Positions 1-9,602 of a stretch of DNA of 64,000 bases are shown here, piece after piece. Every line of letters starts with the position of its first letter. The stretch's first letter is position 1. The DNA lies in contig CAWDVE010000012.1 of assembly GCA_963805625.1 (NCBI GenBank), forward strand, positions 32,001 to 96,000, read 5' to 3'. The notes under the pieces were generated by a model. That model worked only from the letters and a program-made list of their open reading frames with translations, did no database searches and was not told the origin of the DNA. Source of the DNA: an uncultured Candidatus Rokubacteria bacterium. Lineage in GTDB: Bacteria > Methylomirabilota > Methylomirabilia > Rokubacteriales > DASRDR01. The translations under genes and the position numbers were made by a program.

Positions 1-964
1 CCCGGAAGGAGCTCCGGACGATGGTCACGACCACGTTGTCTTCGGTGGCGAGGCCGCCGCCCACGGCGTCCGGATCGCCCGCGTTGAACCGATTCGTCGC
101 GTTCTCCGAGACCTCCGAGTCCTGGAGCAGCACCGTGGACGTCCCAAACGGCGACCCGTAGGAGCCGATGATCCCGATGCCCCCGCCCGCGAAGACGGAG
201 CGGTTCTTCCGGATGGTCGAGCTCAGAAACGTCAGCGCGGAGTTGTTAGCGTGCACGCCTCCGCCGCTCCCGTGGGCCACGGCGTACCCGGACACATTGT
301 TCTGGATGATCGTGTTCCGGAACGTCGGCCGGGACCCGCCGACGAGGATGCCGCCGCCGAACCGCGGGGCCGCGTTGCTGTCGAAGAGGCAGTTCTCGAA
401 GACGGCATTCGAGTTCGCGAGGACGCCGCCGCCGCCATCCATGGCGGCCGAGTTCCCGAGGAAGTGCACGTTGGCGAACGTGGGGGACGAGCCGGCCACG
501 GAGAAGCCGCCGCCGATGCCGGGGAACGCGCTGCCGACGCCGACCACCGCGAGGGATTCGATGCGGATCGTGCCGGTCGCGCTGTTCATGTTGAAGCCCG
601 AGAAGCCGGTCCCGTTGCCGACCAGGGCCGTCGAGCCGGGGCCGGCTCCACGGATCGTCATCGACCGCGGGGTGTGCGCGATGTTCACCGCCTCGGGGTA
701 ATGGCCGGCCGCCACGTCGATCACGGTGCCGTCCGGCAGCGCGCCGGACACGACCGCGTTGACCGCAGCCTGGATCGTCGGGAACTGCCCGGGGACCGTC
801 ACGGCCTCGGCCCGTACGCTCAGAAGGAGCAGGGCCAAGACGCAAAATGTCATAGCGACCCGCAGCACGGTCAGAGTCCGCCCGGGGGCGGAAAGGTGGC
901 CCTTCAAGCGGTCCAGGTGGTGTTGATCCAGCTGATTTCCTGATCCAAACCAGGAAGGTCCCAT
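1..964 (-). CDS. Secreted right-handed parallel beta-helix repeat protein (partial, runs off the window start)
   Basis: Manually translated and not in the ORF track: signal-like MTFCVLALLLLSVRAEA, then VPGQFPTIQAAVNA...GHYPE and repeated N-x-A-x-x-GGG(I/V) motifs. Start is at 964 (GGAGAGG upstream) or 853. Confidence 0.75.
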   Translation of the reverse strand, partial: MGPSWFGSGNQLDQHHLDRLKGHLSAPGRTLTVLRVAMTFCVLALLLLSVRAEAVTVPGQFPTIQAAVNAVVSGALPDGTVIDVAAGHYPEAVNIAHTPRSMTIRGAGPGSTALVGNGTGFSGFNMNSATGTIRIESLAVVGVGSAFPGIGGGFSVAGSSPTFANVHFLGNSAAMDGGGGVLANSNAVFENCLFDSNAAPRFGGGILVGGSRPTFRNTIIQNNVSGYAVAHGSGGGVHANNSALTFLSSTIRKNRSVFAGGGIGIIGSYGSPFGTSTVLLQDSEVSENATNRFNAGDPDAVGGGLATEDNVVVTIVRSSFR

Positions 965-1131
965 GTCAGCCCGCCTCTCCGAGACCACCAGGAATTTACC
1001 CAGCGGCCGTTCCACGGCCGCCCTCGGGCGCCTGCAGTCATGCAAGCCCCGAGCCTCCTTGGTCGTGGGCTTCGGCGGGCTGTGACATAAGGGGAAGGAC
1101 ACTTCCAGTATTATTACCGGGCACACGCGCC

Positions 1132-3729
1132 ATGGTGCCGATGACCGTCCTCCCCGCAAGGCTCCGGCAGACGGCCCGTCGCGTGATCACTTGGGGCAGC
1201 TCCCCACGGACCTGGGCGTGCCTGGCCCTCGCGGGCGCCCTCGCCGCAATGGTGGCGTCCCTGGTGGACCGGCGCGTCCTCTTCGAGCTCCGGCCGGCAC
1301 GCTATGCGGTATGGGTCGAGCACTTCGCCAGCGGAGTCCGGGCCGTGGACGTACGGACTCAGCCAGAAGCGGCCGACACCGATCTCCCCTACATCCTTCC
1401 CGGCCCGGCGGACTCGTGGGCCGGCGGGGTGCCGCACACGCTCCGATTCCGCTTGCCTGCCCGCCCCGATGGGCGCCTCGCGCTCGACCTTTGGGCCGTC
1501 GAGACGCACGACGAGCTGCCGCCCGTTCTGACGATCGCGCTGGACCAGGTGGTTGTGGCGGTCATCCACACGCGGCGGGGCACTGGCCGGCCGCCGCCCC
1601 ACCGGGAGCGCGGCGTGCGCTCCCACTACCGGGTGACCCTCCCGGCCGCCGCGTCGCGAGCCGCCGCCGAGCCCACGTTGACGATCACCACGACGTCAGG
1701 CTCGTGGATCATGTGGGAGCGGATCCGCCTCACGGAAGGTCGCCCGACGCCGGCGCTCGGCCACCTCGCTCGCGCCGGTCCACCCCCGCTGCTCCCCGCT
1801 CTCCTGCTGGGCGCGAGCCTCGCGGCGCTCGTAGGCGGCGCGGTCGTTGGAGCCCGTCACCCCCAGCCGGCCGACGCGATCCCCGCCCAGAGCGGCGCGG
1901 TCGTCGGAGTTCCCGCCGGGCTTCTCCTGGTGCTCCTCGGATGGGCGACAACGGCGCCCGACGCCGCAGGCGTCATCACTCGCGAGCCTCGATGGGTCTG
2001 GATCGCCTCGCCGTGGCTCTTGGTGGTCCTCCCGCCGGCGCTGGCCCGACTGAGCGCCTGGCGCGCACGTGTCGCGCGGGACGTCGCGCTGACGCCGGCC
2101 GCGGTCCCCCCGCCGCTCTCGCCCGGAGAGCTGGCGGGCGCGGGCCTCGCCTACACGACGCTGACGCTCCTCCTGACGCGGCCCGGCGCCGCCCGGTTCA
2201 CAACCCACTTCATGGCCGATGGCGGCGATGGCCTCAACAATGTCTGGGGGCTCTGGTGGGTCAAGACCGCCCTGCTCGGCGGCCAGTGGCCGTGGTGGAC
2301 CGACCGGCTCTTTGCCCCTGACGGCGTGTCGCTCTACTTCCACACGCTCGCCTTCCCCCTCGGCGTCCTGTCTCTCCCGTTCCAGGTCGTGTTCCCGATC
2401 ACGGTCGCCCACAACGTCGTGGTGATGGCGACCTTCGTGCTCGGCGGAGTGACGGCCTACGGCCTGGTGCGGTCCTGGATCCCGGACGCGAAGGCGGCCT
2501 TCCTCGCCGGCAGCCTCTTCACGTTCTCGCCGTTCCACTTCGCCCAGGGGATCGGCCACCTGTCACTGATCGCCGTCTTCTGGCTGCCTCTCTACGCGTG
2601 GGCGCTGCTCCGTGCCTGCGAGACCGGCACGCGGCGCCCCGCGGCCGTCGCGGGCGCCGTCCTGGTCGGCGTACTGCTCACCGACTACTACGCCACCCTC
2701 GACTGCCTGCTCGTGACACCGCTCGTCGCGCTGTGGCGGCGCGCCTGGCGGGGCCCGCTCCTGACGATGACCGCGTTCGGCGTGTTCGCCCTGCCCTTCG
2801 CGCTGCCGATGCTCTGGACCTGGTACAGGACGCCGTACGTGGGCGCCCACGATGCCACGGCGGCGTCGGCGGATCTCTTGGCCTGGTTCGTGCCGGGACC
2901 CGTCTCGCTTTGGGCGTCGATCTCCGCGCCGGTCTGGCGTCAGTTCAGCCTCAACGTCCCTTCGGAGAGCGGTCTCTACCTCGGGATCCTCCCCCTCGCG
3001 ATCGTGGCAGTGTCCCTGTCCGTTGGCGTCGCGAAGGTCTCGGCCCTGACGCTCGGCGCGGGGGTCTTCGCGCTGCTCGCCATGGGGCCCTGGCTCCACG
3101 TCGGGGGATGGATCTCTCCGGTGCCGCTCCCGTACCGGGCGCTCGAGGTCCTGCCGTTCCTGAAGCTCGCCGGGGTCCCGGCCCGCTTCGGTGTGATGGT
3201 GTACCTCTGCCTGGCGCTCGCAGTTGGCGTCGGGGTGGCGGCTCTGTGGCGGCGCCGATCCCCGCGTCAGCGATGGGGCATCTTTCTAACCTTGCTCGCG
3301 GCGCTGCTGCTCGACTACGCCCCGCAGCCCTACCAGACCGAGCGGTACGCCATTCCGCCCTTCTACGCCGAGCTCGGCCGGCAGCCCGACGAGGGCGAGA
3401 GCCTCATGGATCTGCCCCCGCACCCCCACTGGCCGTTCCCGCTCGGGATGCTCTACCAGACCGTGCACGGCCGGCGCCTCGTCGGCGGTCACGTGGCTCG
3501 GTTCCCCCGGGCTCAGTACGAGGCCTTCTACGCGCACCCGGTCATCCGGTTTCTCGCCAGGTCGGTGAGCTGCTCGGAAGTGCTCCGTCGCGACATGCTG
3601 AGCCGGCTTCGGCACGACCGGGTTCGTTGGATCATCGTCCGCCACCCCGAGCACCGCGCGCTCGGCGAGTGTCTCGAGATCCAGCCGACGATGCGGGACG
3701 GGATCATCGTGTTCGGCCCCCTCTGGTGA
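1132..3729 (+). CDS. Multi-pass GT-C-like (YfhO-like) membrane glycosyltransferase with N-terminal CBM-like beta domain
   Basis: DG-x-NNVWGLWW, LFAPDG-x-SLYFH, FSPFH, R-x-PARF and GG-H-x-AR motifs. The N-terminal PYILPGPADSWAG...SGSWIMW segment resembles polysaccharide lyase family 4 domain III. Confidence 0.6.
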   Translation: MVPMTVLPARLRQTARRVITWGSSPRTWACLALAGALAAMVASLVDRRVLFELRPARYAVWVEHFASGVRAVDVRTQPEAADTDLPYILPGPADSWAGGVPHTLRFRLPARPDGRLALDLWAVETHDELPPVLTIALDQVVVAVIHTRRGTGRPPPHRERGVRSHYRVTLPAAASRAAAEPTLTITTTSGSWIMWERIRLTEGRPTPALGHLARAGPPPLLPALLLGASLAALVGGAVVGARHPQPADAIPAQSGAVVGVPAGLLLVLLGWATTAPDAAGVITREPRWVWIASPWLLVVLPPALARLSAWRARVARDVALTPAAVPPPLSPGELAGAGLAYTTLTLLLTRPGAARFTTHFMADGGDGLNNVWGLWWVKTALLGGQWPWWTDRLFAPDGVSLYFHTLAFPLGVLSLPFQVVFPITVAHNVVVMATFVLGGVTAYGLVRSWIPDAKAAFLAGSLFTFSPFHFAQGIGHLSLIAVFWLPLYAWALLRACETGTRRPAAVAGAVLVGVLLTDYYATLDCLLVTPLVALWRRAWRGPLLTMTAFGVFALPFALPMLWTWYRTPYVGAHDATAASADLLAWFVPGPVSLWASISAPVWRQFSLNVPSESGLYLGILPLAIVAVSLSVGVAKVSALTLGAGVFALLAMGPWLHVGGWISPVPLPYRALEVLPFLKLAGVPARFGVMVYLCLALAVGVGVAALWRRRSPRQRWGIFLTLLAALLLDYAPQPYQTERYAIPPFYAELGRQPDEGESLMDLPPHPHWPFPLGMLYQTVHGRRLVGGHVARFPRAQYEAFYAHPVIRFLARSVSCSEVLRRDMLSRLRHDRVRWIIVRHPEHRALGECLEIQPTMRDGIIVFGPLW

Positions 3730-3736
3730 GGAGCGG

Positions 3737-5701
3737 TCACGGGCCCAGCCACCGGACGGGCTGGAGCGCCACGCCGAGGCGTCGCGTATCGCGGTTGAGG
3801 CCGAGCGCGGCCGGAACGAAGCTGTAGGCCACGCCGATCTCGAGCCGGACGGGGGCGCCGACGGGCCGGCCCACCGGGACGTCGAGCGTCCGCCACCCCG
3901 GGGTGTCGAGGCGAAGCCGGGCGACCGGCACTCCGTCGAGTCGCACGCGCACCTCCTGGGGTCGGCCGGTCCACCGGGGATCGGGCCCCGCGAGGGTGAT
4001 CCGCAGCGTCCGGCCTTCGACCGGGAGCGTGAGCCACGCGCCGCCCCCGGTCCACCGAAGGATGCCCTCGGACGGATGGAGGCCCCAGGCCGGGGCGATC
4101 GGCCACCGTGCGAGCGCGTGCAGCCGGACGCCGAGCAGCACCAAGACCACGATCCCGGCCGCGAGCAGCCATCGGCCCGGGACGCGCCGCAGGGGGCGCG
4201 CGGCTCCCGTGAGCCCGACCAGGAGGCCCAGCGCGATCCAGAAGTAGCACTGCATCGCGCGCATGAGGAAGGTGAACTGGAGCAGCCCGTAGACCAGCCA
4301 ACCCGTGAGGGAGACGAGGAGGAGCGCTGCCGCAGGCGGCGCGGTCCGCCGCCAGACGGCCCGGACGGCGTGCGGCAGGGTGGCGGCCAGGAGCCCGCCA
4401 AACCCGAGGAGCCCCAGCAGGCCCTGCTCGACTAGGAACTGCGCGTAGAGGAAGTGCGTCGACCAGGTGCCGAACTGCATCTCGGGCCAGGTGGAGTAGA
4501 AGCGGAAGAGGTTGAAGAAGCGGCCGGTGCCGATCCCTAGGAGCGGCTCCTCCAGGAAGATCCGCCAGGTCACGCCCAAGAGATGCGTGCGGACGATGTC
4601 GCCCGCCTGCCACTTGGAGACGAGCTGGCGGGCCACGCGGGGGCCGAGGGGGGAGAGCGCGAGAACCGCGGCGCCGGCGAGGAGGAGGACGGCCACCGTC
4701 GCCGTCATCGCCCGCCAGCGGACGCTCGCGACGTCGTAGCGCAGGCGTCCGGCGACCGCCAGGAGCAGGAGAAGATCGAGCGCCAGCACCAGGAAGGCGC
4801 CTCGCTGGCCCGTCAGCACGATCCCGAGGCCCCCCAGTGCCAGTGCCCCGAATCCGAGCGCCCGCGCCCATACCGGCGCTCGCTCGACCAGGACCAGCCC
4901 GGCCAGCGGCAGGTAGGACGTCGCGTACTGGGCGAAGTAGGACACGTTGAACCCGAACCCGGTGAATCCGCTCGTCAGCGGGCCGCCGATCCACGCGGTG
5001 AAGAAGCTGGCCCCGGGCCACGGATTCACGTGGTAGTGCCAGAGTCCGAATCCGACCACGGAGACCTGCACCGCCGCGACGGCGACCGACAGCCGGAGCA
5101 GGCGCTCCCGCGGCCAGTCCTCCCCGGCGACGACCACGTAGAGCGCGGCGCCGGCCAGGAGGGTCAGCACCATGTGGACGTAGTAGAAGCGGGTCCACAG
5201 CTCGCCGCGGACGATCAGCCGGAGGACGTCCCGCCACGGCGAGAGCTGGAACTCGAGCCACAGCTCGCGTCCATCGAGCGGCAGGGCGAGCACGGCCGAC
5301 GCGCAGAAGAGGGCCAGGAACGGCCAGCCCGGCGCGCGCAGCGGGCGGCGCCCCGCCAGGTGACTGACGGCCGCCCTGGCGAGCGTGAGGAGGAGGAGGC
5401 CCAGGAGGAGAACGAAGTACGCCCGGTGGTCCTCTCCGTTGAAGACCGGCGGCAGAAGGAACAGGAGGAGGACGCCGTTGCTCGCGCCGCAGCCGACCAG
5501 CCCCGCCGAGAAGAGGACGAAGGCCGCCGCCGTCAGCCGCTCCGACGTCGGGACCGGGACGCCGGCCGCCACCAGCGCCGCCGCCAGCGCCGCGATGACG
5601 CCGAGCCCGGCGGCGACCGCGAGCGGGTCGAGCGGGACGTCCCCGGCGAGGGCCCGGCGCCAGGCGCCGGGGCGACCCGTGCCCGAGCCCGCGACTGCCA
5701 A
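3737..5701 (-). CDS. O-antigen ligase (Wzy_C/WaaL) family protein
   Basis: TGQRGAFL, RTHLLGVTWRIFLEEPLLGIGTGRF and THFLYAQFLVEQGLLG motifs, with many TM segments. Start uncertain (ORF is open to 5977). Confidence 0.75.
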   Translation of the reverse strand: MAVAGSGTGRPGAWRRALAGDVPLDPLAVAAGLGVIAALAAALVAAGVPVPTSERLTAAAFVLFSAGLVGCGASNGVLLLFLLPPVFNGEDHRAYFVLLLGLLLLTLARAAVSHLAGRRPLRAPGWPFLALFCASAVLALPLDGRELWLEFQLSPWRDVLRLIVRGELWTRFYYVHMVLTLLAGAALYVVVAGEDWPRERLLRLSVAVAAVQVSVVGFGLWHYHVNPWPGASFFTAWIGGPLTSGFTGFGFNVSYFAQYATSYLPLAGLVLVERAPVWARALGFGALALGGLGIVLTGQRGAFLVLALDLLLLLAVAGRLRYDVASVRWRAMTATVAVLLLAGAAVLALSPLGPRVARQLVSKWQAGDIVRTHLLGVTWRIFLEEPLLGIGTGRFFNLFRFYSTWPEMQFGTWSTHFLYAQFLVEQGLLGLLGFGGLLAATLPHAVRAVWRRTAPPAAALLLVSLTGWLVYGLLQFTFLMRAMQCYFWIALGLLVGLTGAARPLRRVPGRWLLAAGIVVLVLLGVRLHALARWPIAPAWGLHPSEGILRWTGGGAWLTLPVEGRTLRITLAGPDPRWTGRPQEVRVRLDGVPVARLRLDTPGWRTLDVPVGRPVGAPVRLEIGVAYSFVPAALGLNRDTRRLGVALQPVRWLGP

Positions 5702-5952
5702 GGGCGGATTGGACGGTTCCAATCGGAGGGTGGCGTCTCGGCCGGCGTGATCGACGCCGGTATTGTCGGTGCGTCCCGCGAGGGAGTCAAGCGCGGCGCG
5801 CAGGAGCGGACGGGCGCGCCCCCGCAGTCCGGCGATCCGGGGCCTCCGCCATTGGGTGTGGGCGCGTCTCCTCCCGCTCGGTAGCATTTCAGATGCCGCG
5901 ATACCGGTTTTGGTCTTATCCTCGCGGGGGGGCGCGCGGAGAGTTGGGACCT

Positions 5953-8409
5953 GTGCACGGGTCGACGGAAGCATCACCCGCGCGACTCCGGACCCGCCAG
6001 ATTCTTTTCACCGTCCCATTGTGGCTCGCCCTAACCTTCCTCGTCCAAGCCACCCCGCCGTGGCACCTCGACCGGGTGATCTGGGGTACGCAAGGGATGG
6101 ACGGGCGATTCAACCTGTGGGTCCTCTCCTGGGTTCACCACGCCCTGACCCACGCTCCCTTCACGCTCTTCGACGCGAACATCTTCTACCCGGCGCGCGA
6201 CACCCTGGCGCTCGGGGACCACCAGCTGGCGAACCAGCTCTTCTTCGCCCCGGCGTATGCCCTGACCGGGTCGCCCGTCATCGGCACGAACGCCGTCACC
6301 ACCGCCCAGTTCGCCCTGGCCGGGCTCGCCACCATGCTCCTCGCCCACCGGCTTTCCGGCTCGCTGGCCGCCGCGGTCGTGGCCGGAGCCATGTTCGCGT
6401 TCTCTCCGGTTCGGATGGTACAGCTCGGACGGCCGAGCCTCTTGGTCGCCTTCTGGACGCCCCTCGCCCTGTACTTCCTGGACCGTTTCCTGGAGAGTCG
6501 CACCTGGCGGGATCTCCTGGCCGGCAGCCTCTGCGTGGGGCTCCAATTCCTCGCCGCGGCGTACCACGGCTACTTCCTGCTCGTTGCGATCCTCGTGTGG
6601 GTCTGTGGCCGCGCCATCGCACGGCCCGAGGTGCGGCGAGTCGCCGTCCTCGCCAGGGGCATGCTGGGGCTGGGTCTGGCCGGAGCGCTGGTCCTGCCGT
6701 TCAGCCTGCCATATCTCCGGGTTCGCTCGGAGTACGGCGCACTGCAGGTGCCGCTCGAGGCTCTGAGCGAGGCGTCCGCCGGTTGGCTGAGTTACCTCGC
6801 GACGCGGCGTGACAACCTCCTGTACGGACGGGTTCTCGACTTCCCGCAGGCGGGATTCTCCGGCGGGTACGCCGGCGAGAAGTGGCTCTTCCCCGGATTT
6901 CTCTGCGTTGCGCTGACGGCCCTGGGCCTGGCCGTCTCGCTCCGGAGGACCGGCGTGGGCCACCGGCGGGCGTGGTTGCCCGCCGCGCTCGCGGCCACCG
7001 CCTTCCTCCTCTCACTGGGCCCTGTGATCCGCGTGGCGGCCCGGGCGGTGCCGTCGCCGTATCTGCTGCTGTGGCACTTCCTCCCCGGATTTTCGTCGAT
7101 TCGGGTCCCGGCCCGATTCGCGATGTTGGCGGCCCTCGGGCTCAGCCTCTCGGCCGCAGTGGGCTATCGCTGGGTCGAGGATCGGCTCACCGGCCGCACG
7201 CTTCGGCTCGCTGTGTTCGGCCTGGCCTTGGGCGTGGTCCTGCTGGAGTCGACGTTCTCCCATCTCCGCCCGGGGCCGGTTCCGACGCGGGCGCAGATCC
7301 CCGAGGAATACCGGTGGCTGGCCACGCACGGCGTCGGAGCCCTGTTGGAGTTGCCCACCGGCGAGGGCGACGACGCGGTGCAGTCCCTGGAGCGGGAGAC
7401 CTGGTACATGTATTTCAGCGTCTATCACTGGCGACCCCTGGTGAACGGGTACAGCGGCTACCCCCCTGCGCCCGCCGCCGACTTGCAGGAGCGCGTGGCC
7501 GCTCTGCCTTCGGCGGAGAGCCTGCGCTACCTCCAGGCCGTCGGCGTGCTGCAGATCTTGGTCCACCGCGACTCGCGCCGGTACGAGCCGCTGCTCGCCG
7601 GGGTTCGCGAGGTCGCCGGCGCGAGCCTCAAGGCGTTCCCGAGCGGCGGCGTGCTCGTGACCCTACCGGAGTTGCCCCGGGGAGAGGACGTCGACGCAGG
7701 CCTGCTCGTGCCCGACCGCCTGCGGGCCGGCGATGAGGCCTACCTTGCCGTGCTATTCACGAACCGCGGTTCGCGCCACTGGGTGAATCCGACCGAGCGG
7801 GCCTGCCGGGTCGCGCTCGAGTGGACGGTCGGGAGCGGCCACGTCCGGGCTCACGCGTCCATCCTGCCACCGGTCGCGCTGGATCCCGGGGAAAGCCGGG
7901 AGCGGCCCCTGCGTGTGGAAGTCCCTACGGGACCGGGGCCGGCGGGGCTGCACAGCACCGTGATCTGCAACTGGGATCCGCGCTCTCCGCGGCGGTGGGC
8001 TCAAGACGTGGGGCTCCAGCTCACGGACGACCTGGGGACCGGCGAGGAGGCGACGGAGGGCCTCGACGCCCGATACGTCGGATACGACCTGCCATCGGCC
8101 GCCTGCGCCGGCTGTTCCATCCTCATCCGGCTCCAGGCTCGGAACACGGGGGCTCTGGTCTGGAGGCGAGCAGGCCTGGTGCGGCTCGGCCTCCTCTGGA
8201 CGACGGAAGCCGGAGGGGTGGCTCTCGAGTGGCGTGCTTCCCTCCCACGCGATGTGTATCCCGGTCAAGTGGTCCCGATCGTGGCGCCGGTCCCCACACC
8301 TCGGGCCCCCGGCCGCTACCGCCTGATCGTGGACCTCCTCCAGGAAGGGAAGACGTGGTTCATGAACCGCGGGGTGACGCCGGTGGTCGCGACCATCACG
8401 CTCTCCTGA
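5953..8409 (+). CDS. YfhO-like GT-C membrane protein with C-terminal Ig-like domains
   Basis: DGRFNLWVLSW, FDANIFYP, IRVPARF and VNGYSGY motifs. The C-terminal N-x-G...W...PG...PG-x-Y beta-sandwich repeats resemble NBR1-like Ig domains. GTG start has GGAGAG upstream (ORF open from 5893). Confidence 0.65.
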   Translation: MHGSTEASPARLRTRQILFTVPLWLALTFLVQATPPWHLDRVIWGTQGMDGRFNLWVLSWVHHALTHAPFTLFDANIFYPARDTLALGDHQLANQLFFAPAYALTGSPVIGTNAVTTAQFALAGLATMLLAHRLSGSLAAAVVAGAMFAFSPVRMVQLGRPSLLVAFWTPLALYFLDRFLESRTWRDLLAGSLCVGLQFLAAAYHGYFLLVAILVWVCGRAIARPEVRRVAVLARGMLGLGLAGALVLPFSLPYLRVRSEYGALQVPLEALSEASAGWLSYLATRRDNLLYGRVLDFPQAGFSGGYAGEKWLFPGFLCVALTALGLAVSLRRTGVGHRRAWLPAALAATAFLLSLGPVIRVAARAVPSPYLLLWHFLPGFSSIRVPARFAMLAALGLSLSAAVGYRWVEDRLTGRTLRLAVFGLALGVVLLESTFSHLRPGPVPTRAQIPEEYRWLATHGVGALLELPTGEGDDAVQSLERETWYMYFSVYHWRPLVNGYSGYPPAPAADLQERVAALPSAESLRYLQAVGVLQILVHRDSRRYEPLLAGVREVAGASLKAFPSGGVLVTLPELPRGEDVDAGLLVPDRLRAGDEAYLAVLFTNRGSRHWVNPTERACRVALEWTVGSGHVRAHASILPPVALDPGESRERPLRVEVPTGPGPAGLHSTVICNWDPRSPRRWAQDVGLQLTDDLGTGEEATEGLDARYVGYDLPSAACAGCSILIRLQARNTGALVWRRAGLVRLGLLWTTEAGGVALEWRASLPRDVYPGQVVPIVAPVPTPRAPGRYRLIVDLLQEGKTWFMNRGVTPVVATITLS

Positions 8410-8777
8410 ACGCCCCGCCGGAGTCGCGCAGCGCCTGAACCATCCTCGCCTGTCGGGCGGCGGCGACGGGTCGGCGCCCGGACCGGCGCGCTCAGTGGCC
8501 TCGCCGACGGGCTGCGGACGCTCCTGGCACGCGGGGCGGCGGGGCAGCGCTTCTCGACCCCCAGCTTGGCGAAGACGTGGTCCCCGCGCGTGAGCCCGGG
8601 CGCCTTCGGTGATGGGGCGTCGGGGAGCGCGTGGTGCTCGCGCGGAAGGTCCGTGACGGCCTCGGCGTTCCGGCAGGTCGGGACGGTCGGCGGGTCGTGG
8701 ACGACGGCGGGCTGGCCCGGTGCCGCGCCGAACCGGGGGGCCGTGAGGGGACCTGGGCTATCATGTGAGCCAGCCGG

Positions 8778-9602
8778 ATGACGCATCAGTCGACGCTTCG
8801 CCAGTTCCTGATCGGGCCGTTCCACCTGCTGCTCGCCCACCGTGGCACGATCCAGGCCTTCGTGCGGCGGGACATCCGCGGCCGCTACGTCGCGTCGGTC
8901 CTGGGGCTGTCGTGGGCGGTCATCCAGCCGCTCACCCTGCTGGCGCTCTACACCTTCGTCTTCGCCTACATCCTCAAGATCCGGCTGAGCGCGAGCGGGT
9001 CCACGGCGGGCTTCGCCGTCTACCTCATCTGCGGCATGCTGCCGTGGCTGGCGTTCGCCGAGGGCCTCGGCCGCTCAGCGACGGTGATCCTCGAGCACAC
9101 GCACCTCATCAAGAAGGTCGTCTTTCCCGCCGAGATCCTGCCAGCCTACGTGGTGGTCTCGGCCTTCGTGATGCAGCTCGTCGGCCTCGTCCTGCTCCTG
9201 GCGGGGGTCGGGCTCTTCTACCAGGGTCCGGGCTGGTCCCTCGTCCTGCTCCCGGTCGTTATCCTCCTCCAGTTCCTCCTCACCGTCGGGCTCGGCTGGT
9301 TCCTCGCCAGCGTCAACGTCTTCCTCCGCGACGTCGGCCAGGCCCTGGGACTGATCCTCACGGTCTGGATGTTCCTGACGCCGATCTTTTACCCGGCCGC
9401 GCTCGTGCCCGACCACGTCCGGTGGCTGCTCACGCTGAACCCGATGTTCCACGCGGTCGAGGCTTACCGGCGCGTCGTCCTCGATGCCCAGCCGCCGGAC
9501 GCCATCCACCTCGTCGTGCTGGCGGCGACGGCGCTGCCGGCGTTCCTGGCCGGCCACTGGTTCTTCCGCCGCTCGAAGCACGCGTTCGTGGACGTCCTCT
9601 GA
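8778..9602 (+). CDS. wzm: Polysaccharide ABC exporter permease
   Basis: RDIRGRYVASVLGLSWAVIQPL, IKKVVFP, FLTPIFYP and LNPM motifs. Confidence 0.92.
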   Translation: MTHQSTLRQFLIGPFHLLLAHRGTIQAFVRRDIRGRYVASVLGLSWAVIQPLTLLALYTFVFAYILKIRLSASGSTAGFAVYLICGMLPWLAFAEGLGRSATVILEHTHLIKKVVFPAEILPAYVVVSAFVMQLVGLVLLLAGVGLFYQGPGWSLVLLPVVILLQFLLTVGLGWFLASVNVFLRDVGQALGLILTVWMFLTPIFYPAALVPDHVRWLLTLNPMFHAVEAYRRVVLDAQPPDAIHLVVLAATALPAFLAGHWFFRRSKHAFVDVL

